Counted from the first letter of the stretch, positions 22,537 through 33,648 are shown. The stretch is DNA of 42,776 bases from a virus (IMGVR_UViG_3300005326_000027:1-42776); one strand, 5' to 3'. A program made the numbers and translations. The notes: generated by a model not told the origin, from the letters alone.

Positions 22537-23499
22537 ATGAACCCCGTCGGCGGCCATACATTTGGACTTTCTCCAGATGCGGCACAAACAGAGATTGACT
22601 CTGTAGCATGGGAGACATACCAGCGCACTCAACAGCCTGGTTACCTCTCGGCAACAGACTCTTTCTACTTTAAGCAGAGCGAATCATCACTCCTTGGTTA
22701 CACCTGGGATGAGGATTCAAACCTTGGTGCATTCGTTGAGACAGACGAGCAGGAGACTATTTCTGACACTGATACTTTCATCGGTAACACGAAGACAGTA
22801 ACGATGCAGAAGTGGACGAAGCAGGTACCTGTTTCTATGGAGGCATTTAAGGCGGACGCAGTAGGCAAGCGTGCAAAAATCGGATCACAGATGGGTGATC
22901 GAGCACGTCTTACCCAGGATAAGAAAGCTATCCTCAACATCTATGGTGATGCTTTTGCAGGTTCAGTTAACACAACTCCTGATGGTGATGCATGGGCTTC
23001 AAACTCCCACACGACCCTCAAGAATGTGACGGTTGACAACCTTGAGACAGGCGCACTCAACGCAGATAACCTCTGGACAGTTGTGCAGTCTCTTGCAAAC
23101 CAGAAGGCACAGGACGGTGAAGCAGGTTCGTATGTATTCGAGGGTATCTTGGTTCCTTTCATTCTCTACAAGACTGCAAAGGAGACTATGGAATCAACCT
23201 TGGTTCCATTCTCGGGTGAAAACCAGGTGAACTTCTTTGACACGGTATACGGAACAGTTCGTATCGCCGCTTCAATCTTCCTTGGCTCAACGTACAACAC
23301 GAACTTGAACGCCAACACGTCGTACCATGTTTTGTCTTCACAGCACATGGCACAGCGCAAGGTATTCATGGGCCTTACCACAGACCTCATTGATCCTACC
23401 AAGACTGCAAACGACTCATGGGCATACCGTGGTCGTTTCTTGGAACGACATTTCCCAGAGTCGTACTCGGGTTATGTAGGTAGCAACGGAACAGCTTAA
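22537..23499 (+). CDS. Putative major capsid protein
   Basis: 320 aa, after the scaffold gene. Called by size and position; no motif confirmation. Confidence 0.6.
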   Translation: MNPVGGHTFGLSPDAAQTEIDSVAWETYQRTQQPGYLSATDSFYFKQSESSLLGYTWDEDSNLGAFVETDEQETISDTDTFIGNTKTVTMQKWTKQVPVSMEAFKADAVGKRAKIGSQMGDRARLTQDKKAILNIYGDAFAGSVNTTPDGDAWASNSHTTLKNVTVDNLETGALNADNLWTVVQSLANQKAQDGEAGSYVFEGILVPFILYKTAKETMESTLVPFSGENQVNFFDTVYGTVRIAASIFLGSTYNTNLNANTSYHVLSSQHMAQRKVFMGLTTDLIDPTKTANDSWAYRGRFLERHFPESYSGYVGSNGTA

Positions 23500-23528
23500 A
23501 TTATCATCGCTAACTGCAACCAAATCTT

Positions 23529-24188
23529 ATGGAAAAAGCAAAACTTGCCCTTGGATTGGCCCTGGTTGCGGTGGTAATCGCAATCGGTGCTTACTTCTAC
23601 CCACAGACGACTACCATCGTTCGTGAGGTAGCCTCAGAACTCGGTGCTTCTGGTACACGCTTTCCTAACGGACTGAGTACTGACACCACTTCACCTATAG
23701 CCGGTGAGCTTCGCACAACGACGCTTACGGTTACAGGAGCTAGCATCTTCACAGGTACTATCGCTACTAATGGCCTTGTCACGGTAAACGCAGGACGTGT
23801 CGATAGCTACCCGCTCTCAACATCATCGTCGGTTTCGATGACTCTCAAAGAGTCTGACTTGCTCTACGCCAGTGTGGTGGATGACGTGTCGGGTGCAGCA
23901 GCAACCAAGACCATCACTTTCCCTGCAACATCAACTCTTACGACATTCATTCCGTCGGTTGGAGATGTGGCAACACAGTGTTGGTCAAATGCATCAACGA
24001 CAGCAGCCGCAACACTCACCTTTTCAGCTGGCACAGGAATTGACCTCGAAGTGGCAACCTCTACTAACCCTGGAGGCGGTGCCTTCGACCTTATTCTCGC
24101 AGCAGACAACATGGGATGTTTCACTTTCATGCGAAAGTTGAACACCGATGTTCATGTCGGATTGCTTGAATTCGGAGACGCAGATTAG
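23529..24188 (+). CDS. Virion-module protein with an N-terminal hydrophobic anchor
   Basis: LALGLALVAVVIAIGAYFY, followed by a Thr/Ser/Ala-rich body. Confidence 0.55.
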   Translation: MEKAKLALGLALVAVVIAIGAYFYPQTTTIVREVASELGASGTRFPNGLSTDTTSPIAGELRTTTLTVTGASIFTGTIATNGLVTVNAGRVDSYPLSTSSSVSMTLKESDLLYASVVDDVSGAAATKTITFPATSTLTTFIPSVGDVATQCWSNASTTAAATLTFSAGTGIDLEVATSTNPGGGAFDLILAADNMGCFTFMRKLNTDVHVGLLEFGDAD

Positions 24189-24264
24189 CCTCTTGGCTTC
24201 GCTCACTCTTTCAGGGAAACTTGGAAGGGTGCGACGAGGCCGAGATTATTAAATAAATATCACA

Positions 24265-24693
24265 ATGAAAAAAACAGTAGCGTTCGTGGTGGTAGTTCTC
24301 TCAATCTTTGCAGGGTACTTCTACCAGTTGTTCCAGAATCAAGATCAATCTCTTGGTGCGGCCTCTAATCAGTTGCCGACGTTCTATAGTGCTTCTTCTA
24401 CGGTATATACGCTTACAACGGCATCACAGAGACTCCTAGCAACCTCTACCCAACCAAAGCGTCTAGCGGCCACCATTCAACCTATCAGCTGTACTGGTGC
24501 TCCATCGGCAATCTTCCTCAATCTTGGGCGTGACGTAGCAGCTACGGGTAACTCGGGGCTTGCGGTATATGCTTCAACAACCATGAGCATGTCGGACTAC
24601 ACAGCAATTCCAGTAGTAGTAGGTTCAGTGCAGGGCATTACGGCAGGTGGTACATGTACGGTTCTTGTCACAGAGTGGCGTTCACAGTACTAA
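24265..24693 (+). CDS. Virion-module protein with an N-terminal hydrophobic anchor
   Basis: MKKTVAFVVVVLSIFAGYFY. Confidence 0.55.
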   Translation: MKKTVAFVVVVLSIFAGYFYQLFQNQDQSLGAASNQLPTFYSASSTVYTLTTASQRLLATSTQPKRLAATIQPISCTGAPSAIFLNLGRDVAATGNSGLAVYASTTMSMSDYTAIPVVVGSVQGITAGGTCTVLVTEWRSQY

Positions 24694-24706
24694 CTAACGC
24701 AATAAA

Positions 24707-25864
24707 ATGAGCTTCACGATACAACAAATTGACTCGCATCTCATTGGACTTTCTCACACGAGTTCTCTGGGAAAAGTGCGTGCAAAATACCAGATGTATG
24801 AGCGTGTTGCTTCATTGTTCTTGCAAAAGGTAAAGCCACTTGAGACTATCCGCCTCGGCACACTTTCTTCCACAGTGCATGATGACGTGTACAACTATCC
24901 GCTTGTATCGGACTACAATTCACTGATTGACCTCATTCCGCAAGACAACAGAACGGCATGGGATATGGCCTTTCGCCGAAATTCAGCACCGTTTGATCTT
25001 GAGAAGGCTATCAAGGAAAAGACGGTATCCATAGAGGGTTCAGAAGGATCTAAGATCATCCGCATCAACTGGCGTTCACGACAGGGCAAGGTACTACACA
25101 CCATGAACTCACTTACCGACAACGGAACGTGGAGTGCTGTAGGAAGTGCTACGGGCCTCAAGGCTAACACTATCTTCAAGGTATCGGGTTCAGGCTCCAT
25201 TGAGTTTGATTTGGTTGCTTCTGGCGACGGTATACAGAACACAACCATGTCAGCCGTTGACCTCACGGACGAGGACGAGGTGGCAGATGTGTTTGCTTGG
25301 GTATATCTCCCATCAGCTCCTACTTCTATTTCGGCAGTGTGGGGTAATGACCTTACAACTAACTACTGGACTTCTACGGCACAGACGACACAAGCCGACG
25401 GTACAGCCTTCAAGGTGGGGTGGAATCTTCTCAAATTCTCATGGTCTAGTGCTACGGAGACTGGAACGGTTGCACCAGCTAGTGTTGATTCGTTTAAGCT
25501 GACGATAGCCAATGGATCAGCACTCTCAAACATTCGAGTGGACAACATCATGTTCTCTATTGGCAGGAACTTCGACATTAAGTACTACTCAAAATATCTC
25601 TTCAAAAATTCAGCAGGAACGTACATCTCACTACCAACCACGGATGATGATACCGTGTTAGTTGATAACGATAGCTTGCCTCTCTTTATCTTTGAGCTTC
25701 TAAAGGCTATGGCGCATCAGGTAGAGGGAACCGACAGTGCCTTTGACTTGAAATACGCACAAGGAGAACTTGCAGACCTATACCCGTCTTTCCGTTCAGA
25801 ATACCCAGACCAACGGAAGAAAACAGTGGGAAAAACTACTAGTGGCCCTAGATTCCAACGCTAA
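24707..25864 (+). CDS. Putative tail/adaptor structural protein
   Basis: 385-aa ORF. Called by position. Confidence 0.5.
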   Translation: MSFTIQQIDSHLIGLSHTSSLGKVRAKYQMYERVASLFLQKVKPLETIRLGTLSSTVHDDVYNYPLVSDYNSLIDLIPQDNRTAWDMAFRRNSAPFDLEKAIKEKTVSIEGSEGSKIIRINWRSRQGKVLHTMNSLTDNGTWSAVGSATGLKANTIFKVSGSGSIEFDLVASGDGIQNTTMSAVDLTDEDEVADVFAWVYLPSAPTSISAVWGNDLTTNYWTSTAQTTQADGTAFKVGWNLLKFSWSSATETGTVAPASVDSFKLTIANGSALSNIRVDNIMFSIGRNFDIKYYSKYLFKNSAGTYISLPTTDDDTVLVDNDSLPLFIFELLKAMAHQVEGTDSAFDLKYAQGELADLYPSFRSEYPDQRKKTVGKTTSGPRFQR

Positions 25865-27715
25865 ATGCCAACACGCTATTCACTCAGTGAAGAAACGCTC
25901 GGATACAGTACTTCGGTAGACGAAACAAACGCTGACAAACGTCTTCTTGTTACAGGTTCCCAGAACTGTTTGATTGACCGCAATAGAAAGGTGAAGTCAC
26001 GCCCTGGCTTCACTCGTCTAGGAACGGGAAGTATTGCCGAAACACCTATCCGCAACGCTTTCACATGGTTTACGTCTACTGGTTCAGAGCTTCCTCTACG
26101 CTTCTATTATGACGAGTGGGAGGTGTACCTTGGAACGGTAGATACTACTGCTATCAACGCTTGGACACGTTTTACCTCAAGCCGAAGTACCACAGCAATT
26201 CCTAGGGGGGCTTTGTTTTTTGATACAACAGAGAACATTGACGAGATGATTTTCGTAGAGGGAACCGATGACCTTATTGAGTGGAGTGGTGGTGTTGCGG
26301 TTGTGTCCTCAATTACAGGTACAACCATAACGAAAGCTGGTACAACTACGTTTGCACAGAATAGATTTTATACGTCGGCTAATAAGATTGTGACGTGCGT
26401 TCGGACGGGAACAGACTACACATACACAGGAGGCGAGGGGACGCTTACCCTGACGGGTATTGCAGACACTACAGGTATTGTTGCAGGGGATATTCTTGTG
26501 CAGAAGATCGTCACCACCTCGAATAAGCCAGAAGCAAACCGAAACAACCACACCATTTACTCTTTTGAGAACCAGATACTCGTAGGTTCAGATGATGCTA
26601 ACGAGGTGTACATTTCGCAAAACGATGACTACGCTGACTTCTCGTTTGCTAGCCCACGGCTTGCTGGTGAAGGTGGTTTATTGACGCTAGATGCCCCTGC
26701 CAATGCTTTTGGAACACTAGGGCAGTATGTTGTGGTGTCGGCAGGTAGAAATTCATGGTTTAGGGCAAATTACGAGCAAATAACAGTATCTACGAGCCTT
26801 GCAGAGACTTTGAGGGTAAAGAAGTTAAATACAGGAGTAGATCAGGGGGCTTTGAACCAAGAGACTATGGTGCAGTTGGGTAACGCCATTATCTATCTTT
26901 CTCACGAGCCAGCCGTTCGCATGATTGCCGATCCAGAGAATCTAACGGGGACAGACCCTAGGACGCTCTCAAACCCTATCAAGGCGGACTTCGATGCGGA
27001 GGATTTCACCAATGCTTGTGCCATCTGGTACAAAAATGCCTACTATCTTTCCGCACCTGTAAATTCAAAGACGTACATCTTGGAGTTCGTGGAAGATGCC
27101 GACGGAAAGCTCAGGAGATTTTGGAATCCACCACAGATTCTTCCTTTCCGAGCTTTTTCTGTCATAAGTGAGGCCCTTAGTGGACATTCAAACGGAGTTC
27201 CCGAGACATACACAGCTTTTACGGGTACACATGACATCGTACCTAACGGAACAGAAGGGAATCCCGATGATAAACTGCCCTACAACGTTATTATGGCTTT
27301 TGCGTATAACCTATACGGCGATAGGGCCAATCTTAAGAGTTTTGACGAGTATTTTGTTGAGGGAGAGATAACCCCCAACACAACAGACGTACTTCTGACG
27401 CTCAATCTCGATTTCGGAGGCTCTACGATTGTGTTAGAGCGAACTATAGACGGTTCCGACGAGGATATTCTTGAGGGCAACGTGGGCTTTAACTCTTTGG
27501 GCCAGACGAGCCTTGGAACTAATCCCCTTGGTGGACTTTTGAACCCACCAGACGATGCAAGAAAGTTTAATGTTACATTTGACTACCCAAGAGATGACTT
27601 CCGAATGCTCCAAGCCATTATTTCAGTGAACGAGATTGACAGGTACATAGCGGTGAATGCACACGGAGCTAATGCAAAGGCTTCACCACGGAAAAATATT
27701 ACGCATCACAAGTAG
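25865..27715 (+). CDS. Putative tail structural protein
   Basis: 616-aa ORF abutting the previous stop (TAAATG). Confidence 0.5.
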   Translation: MPTRYSLSEETLGYSTSVDETNADKRLLVTGSQNCLIDRNRKVKSRPGFTRLGTGSIAETPIRNAFTWFTSTGSELPLRFYYDEWEVYLGTVDTTAINAWTRFTSSRSTTAIPRGALFFDTTENIDEMIFVEGTDDLIEWSGGVAVVSSITGTTITKAGTTTFAQNRFYTSANKIVTCVRTGTDYTYTGGEGTLTLTGIADTTGIVAGDILVQKIVTTSNKPEANRNNHTIYSFENQILVGSDDANEVYISQNDDYADFSFASPRLAGEGGLLTLDAPANAFGTLGQYVVVSAGRNSWFRANYEQITVSTSLAETLRVKKLNTGVDQGALNQETMVQLGNAIIYLSHEPAVRMIADPENLTGTDPRTLSNPIKADFDAEDFTNACAIWYKNAYYLSAPVNSKTYILEFVEDADGKLRRFWNPPQILPFRAFSVISEALSGHSNGVPETYTAFTGTHDIVPNGTEGNPDDKLPYNVIMAFAYNLYGDRANLKSFDEYFVEGEITPNTTDVLLTLNLDFGGSTIVLERTIDGSDEDILEGNVGFNSLGQTSLGTNPLGGLLNPPDDARKFNVTFDYPRDDFRMLQAIISVNEIDRYIAVNAHGANAKASPRKNITHHK

Positions 27716-27720
27716 GATTG

Positions 27721-27729
27721 TGGTATAAT
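27721..27729 (+). promoter_or_regulatory. Extended -10 promoter TTGTGGTATAAT, 9 nt upstream of ATG 27739 (leaderless)
   Basis: Read directly. Confidence 0.55.
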
Positions 27730-27738
27730 TATAACAAC

Positions 27739-29223
27739 ATGTTGAACACTTTTCTCACAAAAATTGCCTCAGCTCTAGCCATTCCCCTTGTTGCCGTACT
27801 TTCTCTTGCTGGATACAACCTAAATACTCCAAGTGTTGACAGAGAATTTGTGCAACAGGAAATTGCACGTCAACTGGGCGTTTCGGAAAACCTTGGAGCT
27901 GATGGCACTCTACCCGTTGCAGGTGCCACCTATAACCTTTCGGGAGCTGGTATTTCTTCTTCCGCAACGTCATTCACACTTGCTTCTTTCACGCTTCCGC
28001 AGAACGGGTATGCATTGGTAGATGCTGACGTTGCACCAGGCTCATCCTCTGCTTACTTTACATTAGAACCAGGGAACCGAACTCGGCAGGAAATTGTTGG
28101 TTGTACCACCGTAGCTCAAAACGCCGCTGGCACGGCAACCATTTCAGGTTGTACTCGTGGGCTTTCTCCTATACAGCCGTACACAGCCTCCACATCATTA
28201 CAGTTTGCTCATTCAGGCTCGGCACAGGTAATACTTTCTAACCCCCCACAGCAACAGAATCTTTATGCTGCGAAGGACAACGACGAAACAATTACAGGTA
28301 TCTGGACGGTAGCCTCTACCTCGCCTCCACGCTATGCAAACGTGCCAGTCGCACATCTTTCTGGTGCTGCGGCCTCCTCAACCGCAGAATTTGCCTCTGT
28401 TGCTTTTGTGCAGAACTCCTCGGCTACTGGGTGTATTGATGGATCAGAAACAGCCCAAGGGTGTGTAGAACTTGCCACACAAGGTGAAGCTGCTTCTTCC
28501 ACCTCTTCTGGAACAGAAGCACGTTTGGTTCTCCCTTCATCAATGGCTACCGATACACCAAACGTTGCTACTTCACCTTCACGGGTAATTATGTCTGACT
28601 TGCTCGGCAAAATTAAGCAGGGGTGGCTTGACCTCACAGCATCGTTCGCATGGAGTGGTGTACACACCTGGTCATCTGCTGGCAATTACTTGTTCTCTAG
28701 TTCCGGTGCATTAGTTGGTGTTGGAACATCAACTCCACTCAAAGCATTTGAGGTCAGTAGCTCTGGTGTGTTCGGCGATAACGTACTTGCATCTTCCTTC
28801 ACAGCCACTTCAACTGCAACTTCAACGTATGTAAACATCAAGGCATCAACTAACGCCACAACCACAAACCTATTTGTCAGTGGCGAGTGTATTGGTTGCC
28901 CAACGTCATATACAGCATCTTCAACTGTAATAGCGGTATCTACGGGTACAGTTACCTACACGGGTTCTATCCCCACAACAACAAATATGGGCATAGGTTC
29001 GTACACGATTACGGGTCAATCCGCAGGACAGGCGCATCGCGGAACTTTTACCTTTACCCGCTCAGGACTCACTAGCTTTATTCTTCACTATGCTGAGGGT
29101 ACTGCTGACTCTGACCTAGCTACCTATACCTTTACGTGGTCAGGAAACAACGTATCTATCGAAGAAACAACCGATGCGAACACCAACACTTCAATAGCGG
29201 CCACTATTTATTGGTACAAGTAG
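27739..29223 (+). CDS. Putative tail fibre/spike protein with an N-terminal hydrophobic segment
   Basis: ATG 27739 preferred over the TTG at 27718. ASALAIPLVAVLSLAG, followed by a Ser/Thr/Ala/Gly-rich body. Confidence 0.55.
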   Translation: MLNTFLTKIASALAIPLVAVLSLAGYNLNTPSVDREFVQQEIARQLGVSENLGADGTLPVAGATYNLSGAGISSSATSFTLASFTLPQNGYALVDADVAPGSSSAYFTLEPGNRTRQEIVGCTTVAQNAAGTATISGCTRGLSPIQPYTASTSLQFAHSGSAQVILSNPPQQQNLYAAKDNDETITGIWTVASTSPPRYANVPVAHLSGAAASSTAEFASVAFVQNSSATGCIDGSETAQGCVELATQGEAASSTSSGTEARLVLPSSMATDTPNVATSPSRVIMSDLLGKIKQGWLDLTASFAWSGVHTWSSAGNYLFSSSGALVGVGTSTPLKAFEVSSSGVFGDNVLASSFTATSTATSTYVNIKASTNATTTNLFVSGECIGCPTSYTASSTVIAVSTGTVTYTGSIPTTTNMGIGSYTITGQSAGQAHRGTFTFTRSGLTSFILHYAEGTADSDLATYTFTWSGNNVSIEETTDANTNTSIAATIYWYK

Positions 29224-29224
29224 T

Positions 29225-31213
29225 ATGGACAAAGAAACCCTCATAAATCAGCTTAGCGGTGGAAAGGGCTACAGCTTTCTTACCTCTGAACAAAAGAACC
29301 GTGTAAACGCAACAGGTGTAACTCCAAATAACACGGCGGTAGACTTTCAGGGCAACTCCATGGGCAAGGCTTCTCCTGTTTCAGAGGTAAGCTCTCTTTC
29401 AACTCAAGGTGGTGTAGATACGCTTGGAAAAGCTCAAGCAACGTATGCACGCCTCACACCACCAACTCCACAGCCCACCACAGCTCCTACAAGCCCTGCT
29501 ACGCCCACCGAAACACCAAAAGCATCAACGGGCAAGATAACACTTTTAAACCCAACTACGGGGCAGTCTGTAAGCTATGACGATGCTTCTCTTAACAGAG
29601 AAAACATCCAGTCAAACCTTTCTGCTGGCTTCCAGCTAGAGTCTGCATCAGGTGCGCTTCCTTCATGGTTTAAAACCACTCCTACAGGTGCCACGGTTCA
29701 GGCTCAAACACCCGAAGAGACACAGTATCAAAAGGATCAAGCGGAAGTTGAGGCGTACACAAACAAACTCAAAAACTTTGCACAAGAAGTCTCAAATGAC
29801 CCTGCCTTGGTAAATCTACTTTCTTCTATTTCAGGGCAATTTGACCAGAGAGTAAAAGAAGCTGAACAGACTAACAAATCTCGCAACGCATCTATCGCAA
29901 CCGCAGGTGTACGCCTCGGCTCACGCTATGCAGGAGGCTCCGCTGGTTCTATGGCTGGTATTATCTCTGCCGAAGAACGTGCAGGTCTTTCTCGCATAGA
30001 CGACTTGAATACCCAGAAGCAGACCGCACTCCTTGACGCACGAACAGCTTTTGAGACAAAGAAGTGGGAACAGTATTCAAAACTAGTAGACCTTGCAGAA
30101 AAGAAGGCTGTAGAGAGTAAGAAGGCTGTTGTAGAACTCAACAAGAAGATTGTAGAGGAAGACAGCAAGAGAAAAGAACAGAATCGTCTTTCAGATTTAA
30201 GCACTACCGTTGCTGGCCTTATGAGGAATGGTCTTACTGACCCAAAGGACATAATTACTCTTGTAAACGAAAATGGTGGCAATTTGACTGCGAAAGAACT
30301 CAATGAAATGACCGATGTATTTGGACTTGATGAGAATAAAGATATTGGTGAAATTATTAAAGATGCTGGAAAGAATGGTGCGCCACCAGAGGTAATTGAT
30401 GCTATTAGTAAAGCCACCAACCTGTCGGAAGCTGTTAAATCTGCTGGAACTTACTTACAAAACTCCCCTACTGCTTCTGGAATTGTTGCCGAGTATCTCT
30501 TCTACAAGAAACAGCAGGAAGAGATGGGTAAATCAACCCTATCTTTTGACGAGTATCAGAATGTTGACGTGAACAGGAAGAAGTCTATCGCTTCTGCCGC
30601 CAATGCTGCTGGACTCACCTCAACCATGACAAACACGGCACTTAAACTCTCGGACGATTATGAGTCACGCTCAAAAGACTTTTATACAGCCCGTGATGCC
30701 TACAACAGAATCCTCTCATCAGCACAAGACCCTTCCGCTGCCGGTGACTTAGCCCTCATATTCTCTTACATGAAAGTACTTGACCCTGGTTCAACCGTTC
30801 GAGAGGGTGAGTTTGCTAACGCTCAAAACGCAGGAAGTGCGTGGGATAAAATAGGGGCACAGTACAACAAGGTCGCTAGTGGACAGAGACTCACGGAAAA
30901 ACAACGAGCTGATTTTGTGAAACAGGCTGGCAATATATTCAATTCTGCAAAGAAACAGCAGGATTCTACCGTAAAAGAATTTACTACTCGTGCTGGACAG
31001 TACGGTGTGCCCACAAACTTGGTTGTACGGAGCACCGATCCAAATCCAGGGGCAACAAGTAGCGGTGAAATTGCACAGATGTCAGAGGAAGCATCAAAAA
31101 GTTCTGTTATAAACTACGCAAAGAGCAACACAACCTATCAATCACAGATCAAGCAGATGCTTGCCGACGGTGTTCCTTATAGCAAAATACAGAAAGCGTT
31201 AAATATCCAATAG
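29225..31213 (+). CDS. Large virion protein (internal/ejection-protein-like)
   Basis: 662 aa with a Pro/Thr linker (PPTPQPTTAPTSPATPTETP) and long coiled-coil-like stretches. Called by position. Confidence 0.45.
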   Translation: MDKETLINQLSGGKGYSFLTSEQKNRVNATGVTPNNTAVDFQGNSMGKASPVSEVSSLSTQGGVDTLGKAQATYARLTPPTPQPTTAPTSPATPTETPKASTGKITLLNPTTGQSVSYDDASLNRENIQSNLSAGFQLESASGALPSWFKTTPTGATVQAQTPEETQYQKDQAEVEAYTNKLKNFAQEVSNDPALVNLLSSISGQFDQRVKEAEQTNKSRNASIATAGVRLGSRYAGGSAGSMAGIISAEERAGLSRIDDLNTQKQTALLDARTAFETKKWEQYSKLVDLAEKKAVESKKAVVELNKKIVEEDSKRKEQNRLSDLSTTVAGLMRNGLTDPKDIITLVNENGGNLTAKELNEMTDVFGLDENKDIGEIIKDAGKNGAPPEVIDAISKATNLSEAVKSAGTYLQNSPTASGIVAEYLFYKKQQEEMGKSTLSFDEYQNVDVNRKKSIASAANAAGLTSTMTNTALKLSDDYESRSKDFYTARDAYNRILSSAQDPSAAGDLALIFSYMKVLDPGSTVREGEFANAQNAGSAWDKIGAQYNKVASGQRLTEKQRADFVKQAGNIFNSAKKQQDSTVKEFTTRAGQYGVPTNLVVRSTDPNPGATSSGEIAQMSEEASKSSVINYAKSNTTYQSQIKQMLADGVPYSKIQKALNIQ

Positions 31214-31214
31214 T

Positions 31215-33476
31215 ATGGAAGATCAAGAAATCCAAGCTCTGCGTGAGAAATATGGAATAACGCCACAGGCCCAGCAGAAGCCTAACGTTCAAGCTACCCT
31301 TGATGAATTTGATCAACTAGTTAAGCCAAACTCTATTATAAACAATCCCCGTCAACCCCAGACTACGCTTGAAAAGATTGATCCACTTGTGAATCTCGCA
31401 CAGGCAGGGATTGGTGCAGCAAAAGGAGTCGCTTCAACGATTGCCTCTGTTCCAAAGGCAGTTGGTGAAGTTGGGCAAGCACTCTATGAAGCTGGCCCGC
31501 AGAAACAATCAGCAGAATCACAGAAGACTCTTTCTGATTCTTCTTATTCACTTCAAAAGTATATTAAAGAGAAAAACATCCAACCAAGTGATCCACGGTA
31601 CGAAAAGTATCAGAGCATAATTAAGAGTAACCAAGATTTAGCCAAGGAGATACAAGGAGAAGAGGAGGCTGGTAGGGCTGGTATAGATGTCATGGCAAGT
31701 GCCCAAGAAACTTTTAAACCAGCTAACACGGCCCAAAGTATTGGTTTTTATGGTGAAAAGTTGGCGGAGTTCATGACTCCAAGCAAGCTGGTTACAGGTG
31801 TTAACAAGGCAGTGAATGCTGGTGTTTCTGGCTCAAACCTTGTAAAAAACGCTGACAAAATTATTCTAGCAGCAAAAGAAGCAGGTGTTGCTATTCCACA
31901 GGGTGCAAGACTTACAAAGGCACTTTCTGAACTTACAAAGGTCGGTTTACACACAGTGCCAGAAGCAACAAGTGCCTATCTTGTTTCTCGTGCTCAAGGT
32001 GCAGACCATGATGAGGCTTTGAGTAATGCAAAGTGGGCTGGAGCAATATCTGGCACCATTGGAACCGTATCACTTGGGGCTAGCCAAGCTGGTGAGTCAT
32101 TCAAGAACGCAGCAAGAAAGCTATACCAAAGTGCCCTGAAACCGTCTATGGCAAAAGGAGCACCTCCAGCAAAAGACATTGTTGAAACAGGGCTAAAAGA
32201 GGGTATTAGGTTGAGCAACTACGGCCTTGAGAGAACTGCGCAAACTATTGATGCTCTCGAAGAATCTCTTGGTAAAGTTATCGACGACGCAGCAAACGCA
32301 ACACAACCTCTTGTGCCGAGAGTTGCCCAGACCGTCGATAACCATATGAAGTCAGCAGGACAGGTATATGACTCTTTCACCAAAGGTACTCGTGCGTCCA
32401 AAGAAACAGTTCAGAGTCTCTTTGAGCGTGCAAAAACAAACATTGTAGATCAACTTGTGAAGTACGGAGAGAAGACCGCAGCGGGCAAGGTCAAAGGTAT
32501 AGACGTTTCAAAATACAGTTCACTTGATGACCTCAAAAATGCCATTACTTCGAGTATTCAGAAGGGAGGCACCATTAAAACTTCTTCACTTAAATCTTAT
32601 ATTGACTCCGCCAAAGATGTCCTCGGGGAAACGGTGGACGTGGGCGGTTCACAAAAAGCCGTAGAAACAATTGATGACATGTTCAATTCATTTGTAAGGA
32701 AATATGGTGATGACATACCCGTAGAGATTGCCCAAAAACTCAAAACAAATACCTACCAAGTTCTCAAGAACTCGTATGGTGAGCTTGCAAATGGGACACG
32801 AGAAGGCATGAAACAGCTCGTCCGTGGCCTCAAGGAAGGAATCGTCGAAGTTGCTCCTCAAGCTGGTGAAATAAATGGACGATTAAAAGCCCTCTATCAA
32901 TTTGACGAAGCATTAACTCGTGCAAGTACTCGTGTAAAAAACGCTGACTTGCTGGGCCTTGGAACAAAAATACTTGCTTCAAGTGACAATAAAATCGTAC
33001 AGATAGCCAGTGCGGTTAATCAGTTTTTGGGTGCTCCGGTCTCAAAGTCTGGTGGTGCCGTGTATCTCTACAAGATAGGAAATTTACTTAAAGGACTTTC
33101 TGCGGGAGAGGCCACAGAGTTTGCTTCATCACAAACAGGTAAGAAGATACTTGAACGACTCACAGGTAAGACACTAACAGAACTTGCACCAGAAGAGCGT
33201 GCTTTGGCAAAGCAAATTACAGCGTACCTGGACGATCCAAGCATTGGACTTTCAATAAAAGAAATCAAGAAAATACCTTTTGATGACATGACGCAGATGA
33301 GCGATATAACCGACTATGTAGCCGGAAGCTATAAGCCAGGCTCAAAAGAGGCACAGAAGCTAGAGCTGGACGCTACACGTCTATGGGAGAAATATCTACC
33401 CGACAAGAAAATGCCTAAATCTCTTCAAGGCGTTGCTAACGAATTTGCACGTCAGCTCGAAATGAGGGGGTTCTAA
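31215..33476 (+). CDS. Large virion protein (internal/ejection-protein-like)
   Basis: 753 aa. Called by position. Confidence 0.45.
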   Translation: MEDQEIQALREKYGITPQAQQKPNVQATLDEFDQLVKPNSIINNPRQPQTTLEKIDPLVNLAQAGIGAAKGVASTIASVPKAVGEVGQALYEAGPQKQSAESQKTLSDSSYSLQKYIKEKNIQPSDPRYEKYQSIIKSNQDLAKEIQGEEEAGRAGIDVMASAQETFKPANTAQSIGFYGEKLAEFMTPSKLVTGVNKAVNAGVSGSNLVKNADKIILAAKEAGVAIPQGARLTKALSELTKVGLHTVPEATSAYLVSRAQGADHDEALSNAKWAGAISGTIGTVSLGASQAGESFKNAARKLYQSALKPSMAKGAPPAKDIVETGLKEGIRLSNYGLERTAQTIDALEESLGKVIDDAANATQPLVPRVAQTVDNHMKSAGQVYDSFTKGTRASKETVQSLFERAKTNIVDQLVKYGEKTAAGKVKGIDVSKYSSLDDLKNAITSSIQKGGTIKTSSLKSYIDSAKDVLGETVDVGGSQKAVETIDDMFNSFVRKYGDDIPVEIAQKLKTNTYQVLKNSYGELANGTREGMKQLVRGLKEGIVEVAPQAGEINGRLKALYQFDEALTRASTRVKNADLLGLGTKILASSDNKIVQIASAVNQFLGAPVSKSGGAVYLYKIGNLLKGLSAGEATEFASSQTGKKILERLTGKTLTELAPEERALAKQITAYLDDPSIGLSIKEIKKIPFDDMTQMSDITDYVAGSYKPGSKEAQKLELDATRLWEKYLPDKKMPKSLQGVANEFARQLEMRGF

Positions 33477-33639
33477 CCGAAGTCGTTAGGCGACATTACG
33501 GCGGCCCGTACCATGACTGCCACGGTGGCGATGATTGCTATAACGTAGATCATACGTTTACTTTACATTATCTAATAACTTCTGTCAAGTATTAGGCCGT
33601 CTTGACTTATCCACACCCCCCCTTGCACACTTAATACAC

Positions 33640-33648
33640 TGGTATATA
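33640..33648 (+). promoter_or_regulatory. Extended -10-like element (TGgTATATA)
   Basis: Lies in the 210-nt intergenic region upstream of 33687. Confidence 0.35.
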
